From positions 1 through 27,674 of IMG/VR virus record IMGVR_UViG_3300008255_000392: DNA of 27,674 nucleotides, one strand, 5' to 3'. Shown one piece after another: positions 9,046-17,311 of this stretch. Each line of letters opens with the position of its first letter. The first letter of the stretch is position 1. The notes below the pieces were generated by a model. It searched no databases and was not told the origin of the DNA. It worked only from the letters and a program-made list of their open reading frames with translations. The DNA is from a virus (Duplodnaviria; Caudoviricetes). The position numbers and the translations under genes are program-made.

Positions 9046-10113
9046 ATGAAGTCGATGATCTTACGGTACGGGGCCTATGGGGATCTGATCTATCTGCTCC
9101 CGCTGATCGACCGGATGAAGGCCGATGGGAAGGACCTGTACCTGCACACCGGCATCCGGGGGCTCGACGTGTTCCAGGCCGATCCTCGCTTTCAGTCCAT
9201 CCTCGCTTGCAACCCCGCAACCGCCGAGGATTGGCAGGAAGTCATCAATAAGGACATTGAAACCGTCAACCCGGACGAGATCGTAAACCTCACCGACACG
9301 ATGGAAGGGACGCTCATCCCGGGAAGGGAACAACCGTCCTTCCATTGGCCGGTGGAGAAGCGCCGGAAGGTGACCCAGGGGGAGAGTTTCTACTCATTCG
9401 GGCTCAAGGTCGCGGGGTATTCCCGGGGGGAAGGATGCGGGACCGTGGCCTTCACGGAGGAGGAACTGACCTGGGCCGATCGGTGGAGGGAGACCTACCG
9501 GGACGAGTTTCTGGTGATGATGCCCGTCTCGGGATCCAACGCCCAGAAGCGGTTTCCGATCGCCAAGGAGTTGGGAAGGGAGATCCTTTCCCGTTACCCG
9601 GACGCGATTCTCTATCTCACCGGAGGGCCGAACGAGAAGCATCGGTCGTTCTCCTTCGGGGACCATCGGGTGTATCCGGCCTTCGATACGTCCTTCCGGC
9701 AGGTCCTCCTGATGACGCGGTACGCCGACTACGTTGTGGGCCCGGAAACGGGGCTCCTGGCCGCCGCGGGAATGTGGGGCACTCCGAAAACGATGCTCTG
9801 TACCTCGTCGTCGGTCTTTCAAGCAACCGATGGCCACCGAAACGACTTCTCCCTGCAAGCGGAGATTCCCTGCTCCCCCTGTCTCCGGGCGATCTACAAG
9901 CCCGAGGACTGTTACCATTCGCACGTCGCCGAGGATGAAACGGTTTGCAACTACAAATTCAGAATGGAGACGATTCTTGAGTCCATCAACGTGGTTTACC
10001 GGACAATGCGCTATCGACGGGAGCAAGATGGAAAACTTCGCACCCAACCTATTCGAGTGCCCGAACTGCTCCCTGATCTCGGCAGATTACCCGGCGCTTC
10101 CGGAACTGTATGA
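9046..10113 (+). CDS. Glycosyltransferase family 9 (heptosyltransferase-like, GT-B fold)
   Basis: ATG at 9046 with GGGAG RBS; ILRYGAYGDLIYLLPLI, KRFP, ADYVVGPETGLL, GTPKTML, C-terminal CSPC..C..C. Confidence 0.85.
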   Translation: MKSMILRYGAYGDLIYLLPLIDRMKADGKDLYLHTGIRGLDVFQADPRFQSILACNPATAEDWQEVINKDIETVNPDEIVNLTDTMEGTLIPGREQPSFHWPVEKRRKVTQGESFYSFGLKVAGYSRGEGCGTVAFTEEELTWADRWRETYRDEFLVMMPVSGSNAQKRFPIAKELGREILSRYPDAILYLTGGPNEKHRSFSFGDHRVYPAFDTSFRQVLLMTRYADYVVGPETGLLAAAGMWGTPKTMLCTSSSVFQATDGHRNDFSLQAEIPCSPCLRAIYKPEDCYHSHVAEDETVCNYKFRMETILESINVVYRTMRYRREQDGKLRTQPIRVPELLPDLGRLPGASGTV

Positions 10114-10654
10114 TGAATACTACCTCGAAACGTACCGGAAACTGGCCCAGGCACCCCTCTCCGACCTGCTCATGCGATGCCGGTGGGGGCTCGTCCGTCG
10201 CCATCTCAATGGACACAAGACCCTGCTCGACTACGGCACAGGAACGGGCGCGTTCCTCGAAAACGCCATGCGTCCTGGGGATCTCTCCGTGAAGGGATAC
10301 GACGTCAATCCCGCGTCCCCGTTCAGCCGCGTCATGATCGACCACCTTCGCCCGGACGTCCTGACGATGTTCGATGTGGTGGAACACCTGACGGATCCCA
10401 AGGGAGTGATCGAGAAGATCCACCCCCGCCTCCTGACGATCTCGACGCCGAACGTCGATTTCGTCGACACAAAGAACCTCCCCACCTGGCGCCATTTCAA
10501 GCCGGGGGAACATCTGCACTACTTCGGCCAGAAGGCCCTCACGGCCCTGATGCGGTCGACCGGGTTCGCCGTCGAGGAAATGTCCTTCACGGAAGCCGCG
10601 AAGCGCAATCCCGACCGGCCCTTCGACATCATTACGATGGTGGGCGCCCGATGA
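10028..10654 (+). CDS. Class I SAM-dependent methyltransferase with N-terminal CxxC
   Basis: ATG at 10028 after GGGAG; CPNC; motif I LLDYGTGTG; DVLTMFDVVEHLTDP; STPN; PGEHLHYF. This pattern is typical of glycan-locus methyltransferases. Confidence 0.85.
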   Translation: MENFAPNLFECPNCSLISADYPALPELYDEYYLETYRKLAQAPLSDLLMRCRWGLVRRHLNGHKTLLDYGTGTGAFLENAMRPGDLSVKGYDVNPASPFSRVMIDHLRPDVLTMFDVVEHLTDPKGVIEKIHPRLLTISTPNVDFVDTKNLPTWRHFKPGEHLHYFGQKALTALMRSTGFAVEEMSFTEAAKRNPDRPFDIITMVGAR

Positions 10655-12279
10655 CCTGGGACATCAACGCGCCGTACATCCCGGAAGTGGAGAAGTGCCG
10701 GCACCGGCTTCTGCAATACTGCGAGGGCCAGGGACTCGATCTGGGGTGCGGGTCGAAGAAGATCAAAGATACGGCGATCGGGTGCGACCTGGGGAAGGGC
10801 CCGAATTCGGCCGCCGACTTTTCGATCGACCTCGAGGGGGGCTTGACCCTGTTCGCCTCGGATACGTTCGATTTCGTGTTCTCGTCTCACTACCTCGAAC
10901 ATACGAAGAACCCCGTCACCGTACTCCGGGAGTGGTTCCGGGTGATCCGTCCGGGCGGGAACCTCGTCCTCTACCTCCCCCACAGGGACCTGTACCCCAG
11001 GATGGGGCAGAAGGGGTCCAACCCGGACCATAAAAACGACTTCGAGCCCGGAGACATTCTCCGGATCATGGACGAGATCGGCTCCTACAAGGTCCTGGTC
11101 AACGAGATCCACGGGGAGGCCGACGAATACTCCTTTGAACTGGTGTTCAACAAGGTTTCCTCCCTCCCGGGGATCACGGCCGCCATTCCGAAGGTCCTCC
11201 CCGCGCCCGGGCAGAAAACCGCGTGTGTTGTCCGGTACGGGGGGATCGGAGACGTCATCTTCGCAACGCCCGTCCTCCGGCGCCTGAAAGAGGAAGGGTA
11301 TCACGTCACCGTCAATACCTCGGAGAACGGCCGGGAGATGTTCAAGGGCAATCCGAACATCGACCAGATGATCTTCCAGGGGATAAACGAAGTGGCCAAC
11401 GCCGACCTCGAGGCGTATTGGGCGAAACTGGCGACTCGGTTCGACCGCTTCATCAACCTCTCCGGGACTTGCGAGAAGGCCCTCTTGCAGATCAAGGGGG
11501 AAGGGTCCGACTACGACCTCTCCGACGACGAGCGGCGGGCGAAGTACGGGAACATCAACTACACCGACTATGCCCTGAAAATTGCCGGATTCGATGACCG
11601 GGGGTTGAATGGGGAGATCTTCCTCACGGAGGAAGAAGAACTCTCGGCGTCCGTGTTCCGGACGGCCCTTACCGGCCGATTCGTAGTGATCTGGGCTCTG
11701 GGGGGCTCGGGACCGCACAAGCGGTTTCCGTTCTATGCAATAGCGATGGCCGCCTTCGCGCGACAGCATCCGGAAGTGCTGTTCATCACCGTGGGAGGGC
11801 AACCGGAGAAACTGCTCGAACTGGCCGCCGACGACGATCCGAATTACCTCCACAAGTCCGGACGGTGGACGATCCGCAACGTCGCCGCGGCGGTGAAGTA
11901 CGCGGATCTGGTGGTGGGTCCGGAAACCGGGGTCCTCAACATGGCGGGGTGCTTCGATACCCCGAAGATCTGTATGCTCACGCACTCGTCCTGGGCGAAC
12001 CTCTGCAAGTATTGGAAGAACGACTACTCCATCCAGTCCAAGCAACGCTGTTCCCCGTGCCACAAGATGATCTACCAGAAAAACGACTGTCCGAAGGACG
12101 AGCACTTCAAGGTGTGCGCTTGCGCCACGCAGTTCGACCCGTCCGATCTCTTACCCAAGATGAAGGAGGTATTCCGAAAATGGAGGCGCACAAATTCAAC
12201 CCTGATCGCCCTTCCGGGATTGGCGTCGATGGGAACCAACGATGGATCACCCAAGGCCCGTGGAAGTTTGATCCATTAA
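10651..12279 (+). CDS. Methyltransferase-GT9 glycosyltransferase fusion
   Basis: ATGA overlap at 10651. N-domain GLDLGCG, FDFVFSSHYLEH, WFRVIRPGG. C-domain VVRYGGIGDVIFATPVLRRLK, ADLVVGPETGVLN, CSPC..C..C. Confidence 0.85.
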   Translation: MTWDINAPYIPEVEKCRHRLLQYCEGQGLDLGCGSKKIKDTAIGCDLGKGPNSAADFSIDLEGGLTLFASDTFDFVFSSHYLEHTKNPVTVLREWFRVIRPGGNLVLYLPHRDLYPRMGQKGSNPDHKNDFEPGDILRIMDEIGSYKVLVNEIHGEADEYSFELVFNKVSSLPGITAAIPKVLPAPGQKTACVVRYGGIGDVIFATPVLRRLKEEGYHVTVNTSENGREMFKGNPNIDQMIFQGINEVANADLEAYWAKLATRFDRFINLSGTCEKALLQIKGEGSDYDLSDDERRAKYGNINYTDYALKIAGFDDRGLNGEIFLTEEEELSASVFRTALTGRFVVIWALGGSGPHKRFPFYAIAMAAFARQHPEVLFITVGGQPEKLLELAADDDPNYLHKSGRWTIRNVAAAVKYADLVVGPETGVLNMAGCFDTPKICMLTHSSWANLCKYWKNDYSIQSKQRCSPCHKMIYQKNDCPKDEHFKVCACATQFDPSDLLPKMKEVFRKWRRTNSTLIALPGLASMGTNDGSPKARGSLIH

Positions 12280-12479
12280 CGAAAGAACTCCTGCCGGGGC
12301 AAATCCCCACGGAAGTACCGCCCGAGGCCCGGGTAGCCCCGGTTGCGGAGGGCGCCGCGGGAGTCGACCTCCCGGAAGGGGAGGACGAGTCGATCGCCTT
12401 CAAGATGTCCCGGGTAATGGAAACGTTCACCCCGAGGAAGAAGGGTAAGAAGGGTAAGAAGGGAAAAACCGATGGCTGA
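12180..12479 (+). CDS. Small hypothetical protein with KKG-repeat C-terminus
   Basis: Strong AAGGAGGT RBS at 12163-12170; ATG at 12180 lies inside the upstream gene's tail; the end overlaps the adaptor start. Confidence 0.65.
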   Translation: MEAHKFNPDRPSGIGVDGNQRWITQGPWKFDPLTKELLPGQIPTEVPPEARVAPVAEGAAGVDLPEGEDESIAFKMSRVMETFTPRKKGKKGKKGKTDG

Positions 12480-13605
12480 ACAGCAGACGACCACTACGGG
12501 GCTATTCGCGGGGAAAACCCTCACCGAACTCGAGGATGGAGTCCTCTCCAAACTCGGGGAAACGGCGCAGACCTTCACCCGCTATACCCAGGCCGAAGTG
12601 GACGCCTACCTGAACCGCGCCCTCCGGGAATTCTGCTTCCGGACCCGGATCCTCAAGACGAACGCGATCACGATCTTGAAGGCCAGCATCCGGTACTACA
12701 AACTGCCGACGAACTTCCTCGATTTCGTGAACCCCCGATGGGTCGCACGGTACAGAGACGCCGGAGGCACCGGCTACACCCGCCTCGAACGGACCTCCGT
12801 GCAGAAACTGGATAACGTCTCCGGAACATGGCGAGACGAAGTGGGAACCCCGAAGGGGCTGTTCCTCGGGCCGGTGTACGGCAACACCCGCATGGTGGGG
12901 GTCTATCCGATCCCGGACGCCGATGGGGCGACCTACGACGTCTCCCAGGATACCGGCGTGGTGGTTTCCGGGTCGAACGTCTCGATCGGGAACAACGTTA
13001 CCGGCGTTCATAAGACCGGCGCGAACTCGGTCTTCTACGTCGACACCGAAGGCCGGGACCTGGCCACGCTCGGCGTCATGGTGGGAATGGCCATCGAAAA
13101 CCTGACGGACGGCTCCAAGGGAGCGATCACGGCGATCGGGGACTCGGAGGCGACCAACGACAAGATCTCCGTCACCCTGGCCGGAGGCACCGACAATGAT
13201 TTCGACGTGGGGGATTCCGTCATCATCTACGCGGGGGAGTACGGCGTCCTGACCTCCTGGGCGACGGACACCGAGCAATACCTGTTCAACACGGAATTCG
13301 GGGTCCTGGGCACCGTCACCACGCCGAACGGCAACATCGAATATGAATTCATCCGGGACGCCGCGAAACTCTCAAACGCGAACCAATACCCGGAGATCCC
13401 GTGGATGTTCCACGACGACCTCGAGTGGTACGCCGCGGGGCTCCTGCTCGGCACCGATCACGACGGCCGGATCGACAAGTCCCTCGGGGCGAATTTCCTG
13501 ATGCTCTGGGAGGCCGCGGTTACGAAGGGGAAAGAAATGTGCGGGGATAACCTCGGATTCCCCGAAACGCTCGAGCCCGATTCCGACTACATCGGAGAAC
13601 TGTGA
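12472..13605 (+). CDS. Head-tail adaptor (tail tubular protein A / P22 gp4-like) with inserted beta domain
   Basis: Helical N-terminus TLTELEDGV..EVDAYLNRALREFC, YYKLPTNF, GTPK, VGVYPIPD, C-terminal PEIPWMFHDDLEWYAA; expected position. Confidence 0.7.
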   Translation: MAEQQTTTTGLFAGKTLTELEDGVLSKLGETAQTFTRYTQAEVDAYLNRALREFCFRTRILKTNAITILKASIRYYKLPTNFLDFVNPRWVARYRDAGGTGYTRLERTSVQKLDNVSGTWRDEVGTPKGLFLGPVYGNTRMVGVYPIPDADGATYDVSQDTGVVVSGSNVSIGNNVTGVHKTGANSVFYVDTEGRDLATLGVMVGMAIENLTDGSKGAITAIGDSEATNDKISVTLAGGTDNDFDVGDSVIIYAGEYGVLTSWATDTEQYLFNTEFGVLGTVTTPNGNIEYEFIRDAAKLSNANQYPEIPWMFHDDLEWYAAGLLLGTDHDGRIDKSLGANFLMLWEAAVTKGKEMCGDNLGFPETLEPDSDYIGEL

Positions 13606-14561
13606 GAATGGCGATTCCCGCTCAGAAACAGGCGCCGAGAAAGCCCCAAGGGCCTCCGGAGATCAACTTCACGAAGGGGATCAACACCTTCCAGGTGAAC
13701 CGGCTCCTGCTCGATCCGGGCGAGGCGGCAACCCTGCTCAACGCCGATTTCGACCAGATCGGAGCCCTGGGGATCGCACAGGCCAACACCGTGATCGCCA
13801 CGGGCATGGGCCGGATCCACTCGATGTTCAAGACGGGGGATCATCTGTTCGTGGGGGAGGGGATCAACCTCGTCCATTTCCTCATCACGACGATGGCGAA
13901 AACCGTGGTCTACACCGATTTCAACGGCGACGATATCTCAATGTTCGCCTACGAGAACTTCCTCTATGCCACGGAGGGGGTCACGAAAAAGAAGGTCTAC
14001 ATCCCCACCCTGGCCGTCACGGAATGGGGGATCGAGAACCCGCAGGAGGCGGCCTCCGGGGCCGTGGGGGATACGGGGAGTCTTTCCGGTACCTACGCCC
14101 TCTATTACACGTTCGTTGCAAAATATCCGGACGGCACGGAGTACGAAACCGACCTGTCGCCCGTGGCGGCGGTGATCGTCGATACCGCCAAGATCAACTG
14201 GACCTACCCCGCAACGGCGCCGGATAGCCAGGTCACCCACATCCGGCTGTACCGGGACAAATCGGGGGTAGTCGCTACCCTGGCCCAGGCGCGGACGGCG
14301 ATCGAAGCAAAGCAAACCGCCCTCGAACAGTCCTCGGGATCGCTTAAATTCGGGAATCTCTTCCAGTCGGTCATCCGTTCCCAGACCAACAAGGCCGTCT
14401 CGCAGAACATGGTCGCGGATCCGGACGTGATCGTGGGGCCGTTCTACATCGATGAAGTGGAGATCGGCACCGCCTCGTACACCGACAACGTTTCAGACAC
14501 CGATCTCGTCCAGGCCGCACCGTTCACCCGGGAGCGGTATCGCCCGATCTTCGGAGCGTAA
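13602..14561 (+). CDS. Tail stabilisation/nozzle protein, N-terminal part
   Basis: INFTKGIN..LDPGEA..LLNADF start resembling tail tubular B / P22 gp10-type proteins; GTYALYYTFV..ETDLSP..IRLYR..YTDN beta module. Start is GTG 13602 or ATG 13608. Confidence 0.6.
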   Translation: MRMAIPAQKQAPRKPQGPPEINFTKGINTFQVNRLLLDPGEAATLLNADFDQIGALGIAQANTVIATGMGRIHSMFKTGDHLFVGEGINLVHFLITTMAKTVVYTDFNGDDISMFAYENFLYATEGVTKKKVYIPTLAVTEWGIENPQEAASGAVGDTGSLSGTYALYYTFVAKYPDGTEYETDLSPVAAVIVDTAKINWTYPATAPDSQVTHIRLYRDKSGVVATLAQARTAIEAKQTALEQSSGSLKFGNLFQSVIRSQTNKAVSQNMVADPDVIVGPFYIDEVEIGTASYTDNVSDTDLVQAAPFTRERYRPIFGA

Positions 14562-14564
14562 AAC

Positions 14565-16691
14565 ATGGCCCTGTCAATCATCGGACGGTTTAATGTGCCA
14601 GCGGGTTCCTCCGTGTACGGCCCCGCGCAGGATTTGGAAGATTACGACACGATTTATTTCGTCATGGCCGATGCGGCCAATAGCAATCACCTTTCCCTGC
14701 ACAAATTCACCTGGCCGAACACTCTCGTCGTGGTCGCGGATATCCACACCCACCTCAGCGGGAAGCAATACGACACCGCGACGATCGCGAAGGATGTTTC
14801 CCTCACGATGGGGGAATTAAGCGCGGATCAGCATTATTGCATCGTTGCAACCGATTACTCCACGCAAGGCATATCGGTGACGGTCCTTGTCGATGTGAAC
14901 CTCGCCACGGGTGGGATCACGACGTACACCCCAGGAGCGGCCCTCGGGAGCGCGGGGCCGTTTCAGCCATGGTCCGGGTCAAGAAGGACCTGGGCGGCGT
15001 ATACGGAGACGGGAACGTACTTCTTCACGACCCTTTGGGGAAACGGACAACATCGGTGGATCCGGAAGCGGCTCGGAATGAATGCCGGGGACGTCGACAC
15101 GGGAAATAACAACACACCCGCCATGATTTATTGGACGGATATCCATGGGTTCTATGGAACCGGAAACGATTGGAGATTCGAGACGATATCCCTTACGACC
15201 TCTCCGGCTCAAGTGCGGGGGATGTACCAGAACAGCGAAGTGTTTGGGATTTATACAAGTACCTTCTGGCCGCAACCTGGCAACAACAATTTCCCGATGT
15301 TTCAAAAGGCATGGTATGACAACTGGCAGTACGGATTCGGGAAGGGCACCTACGCGGCTCTCGACGGGGATTATGACATTCTCTTCTATCGGAAAAACAT
15401 CGTAACCCTTCAATATCAGGTCGGGGTAATGCTTGCCGGTGCGGGGCAAACCTCCCAGGGAGGCACGACAAATGCCTTCGATATCTGGCAGCCGGGTACG
15501 GATGTTTCGAAACGCAGGGTTTTCTTTTCCTATGGCGGCGGCGGCAACGGAAAGGTGTTTACGTCCCTTGCTTGGCCGCCGGGAGTGGATGGACAGGTAA
15601 CGGTCGACTCCGGAGGTACGCCGATCGTAGTGGGAATTCACACCCATGATGAGTACATCTATGTCCTTCATTGGGGAGGGACGGAACAGGGGACTTGCAT
15701 CACGAAACTCCTGGAAACGGAATTGATCGCGGGAGAAGCGGAACCGTCGATCGGCGGGATCGGAGCTAGGATCCTGTTCAAGGACAAGAGGGTGTTCTTC
15801 ATCGGAGTCCCGGACTATGGGAAATACCTGTGGTGGGGGCAACCCCTCGAGCCCCAGGCCCTCGACGTCGGGTGGGACGGCTTCAATACCACGGTGTTCG
15901 ACGACGAGGACAATACTTCGATCAACGTCCTCGATGACAACCTCTACGTCGGCTCTCAAAAGGGATTCATCCGGCTCCGCGGGAAATCACCGGATTCGTG
16001 GGTCCTCGATCAAACCCTGGCTACAACGGGGCCGCTCTCCGATAAAACCTCTTCCGTTACCCCCTTCGGGCTCATCTACCCTCGGGAAAACGGGCTGTGG
16101 CTGTTCAACGGCTTTACCTCGGTCCTGTTTTTCGAGAAGGGGAAAAACCTTCTTAATAATGTCAATTGGGACGAATACGCCCGGGCCTTCTCCCTCTGGG
16201 ACGGCCGGTACTACCGGCTCTATTACCCCTCCGGGGCCGCTACGGAGAACGATCGGGAACTCGTCATCGACCTGATCGGCGGGATCAAGAACGCCCGGGG
16301 CACGGAAGGCGATCGGGCGGCGACGTTCGGATTCTCGGACCTCACCACGAACACCGTCTATCTCGGAGACGCCTCCGGGAATCTGATGACGCTCGGCGGG
16401 ACGGCGGCGCAACGATCCTTCTCCCTGATGACGAAGGAATATCCCACGAACGGCCTCCTGGCGGCCGGGTCCTTCTCGGCCCTGCACTACGACATTGACC
16501 TGGCCGGCGCGACCCTCTCCATCATCCCGATCTGCGACGGGGTGGAGAAACCGGCGAAAACGATCACGAACACCACCAGGACCCGGAGCAAGGTGTCCCT
16601 CCCGGATGGGAACTTCTACCGGGTGGGATTCCGGTTTGAAATCACCACGGACAAGGCCGTGAAATTCTACGATCCCTGGTACATCGTATGA
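14565..16691 (+). CDS. Tail stabilisation/nozzle protein, C-terminal part, preceded by an extra ~390-aa beta-rich domain
   Basis: From about 15770 there are beta-propeller-like repeats (RVFFIG, LWWGQPLEP, LYVGS, GLWLFNG, RYYRLYY). The N-terminal domain is aromatic/Gly-rich and visibly more AT-rich. Confidence 0.6.
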   Translation: MALSIIGRFNVPAGSSVYGPAQDLEDYDTIYFVMADAANSNHLSLHKFTWPNTLVVVADIHTHLSGKQYDTATIAKDVSLTMGELSADQHYCIVATDYSTQGISVTVLVDVNLATGGITTYTPGAALGSAGPFQPWSGSRRTWAAYTETGTYFFTTLWGNGQHRWIRKRLGMNAGDVDTGNNNTPAMIYWTDIHGFYGTGNDWRFETISLTTSPAQVRGMYQNSEVFGIYTSTFWPQPGNNNFPMFQKAWYDNWQYGFGKGTYAALDGDYDILFYRKNIVTLQYQVGVMLAGAGQTSQGGTTNAFDIWQPGTDVSKRRVFFSYGGGGNGKVFTSLAWPPGVDGQVTVDSGGTPIVVGIHTHDEYIYVLHWGGTEQGTCITKLLETELIAGEAEPSIGGIGARILFKDKRVFFIGVPDYGKYLWWGQPLEPQALDVGWDGFNTTVFDDEDNTSINVLDDNLYVGSQKGFIRLRGKSPDSWVLDQTLATTGPLSDKTSSVTPFGLIYPRENGLWLFNGFTSVLFFEKGKNLLNNVNWDEYARAFSLWDGRYYRLYYPSGAATENDRELVIDLIGGIKNARGTEGDRAATFGFSDLTTNTVYLGDASGNLMTLGGTAAQRSFSLMTKEYPTNGLLAAGSFSALHYDIDLAGATLSIIPICDGVEKPAKTITNTTRTRSKVSLPDGNFYRVGFRFEITTDKAVKFYDPWYIV

Positions 16692-17311
16692 GGCCCCCAC
16701 GTCTCATACCGAACTCCCCGGACCTGATGGCGCAGTTGCAGACGCATTTAGACCTGATCTGGAACGAACTCGAGGCGCAAAAAGGGGTAGGCGGGAAAAC
16801 GATCCGGCTCCTGGGGCCGATCGACATGAAGGGGTTGCCGATTCAGAACACGACCCCATCCGTGCCGACGAAACACTCCGGAGCCCACCAGAACGGGGGA
16901 AACGACGAACTGACGGTGACGGGCCTCTCCGGACTCCTGGGAGACGACCAGACGCCGTTTCTCATGGCGGCCGATCAACGGGGCGGGGCGAAACTCGGGG
17001 ATGTGTTCGCTCTCGTCTCCGAAGTCCTGACGCTCTCCCTCCATTCGACGATGGGGATTCAGAAGGTGGACGGGGTGTACCTGGCCCTGAAACAGCAAAC
17101 GCCCGTGGCGCCGATCGCGTCTCCGGACGCCTCCGACATAGGAACGGTCGTTACCCTGGCGAACGAACTGAAAGTGAAATTCGACGAATTGCTCGTAAAA
17201 TTGAAACTCGCGGAGATCATGCCGTGGTACGAGGGGTATTTCCACCAGTATTACTTCCATTCGGATTATTGGGCCGCGGCCCCGTCCGGATACTTCCGGC
17301 AGGTGGTGTGA
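16688..17311 (+). CDS. Short fibre/needle-like virion protein with aromatic C-terminal peptide
   Basis: ATGA overlap; HxxxHxxGGxDxL motif; heptad LANELKVKFDELLVKLK resembling head-fibre C-termini; then PWYEGYFHQYYFHSDYW. Confidence 0.55.
   Translation: MRPPRLIPNSPDLMAQLQTHLDLIWNELEAQKGVGGKTIRLLGPIDMKGLPIQNTTPSVPTKHSGAHQNGGNDELTVTGLSGLLGDDQTPFLMAADQRGGAKLGDVFALVSEVLTLSLHSTMGIQKVDGVYLALKQQTPVAPIASPDASDIGTVVTLANELKVKFDELLVKLKLAEIMPWYEGYFHQYYFHSDYWAAAPSGYFRQVV

Noticed and set aside
10028-11200. Methyltransferases as DNA methylases
   Set aside because: They lack DPPY/NPPY or PC catalytic motifs and match small-molecule/glycan methyltransferase patterns; one is fused to GT9.
12438-12464. 9-bp repeat AAGAAGGG(T/A) x3
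   Set aside because: Simply encodes a KKG basic tail; too short to support another role.
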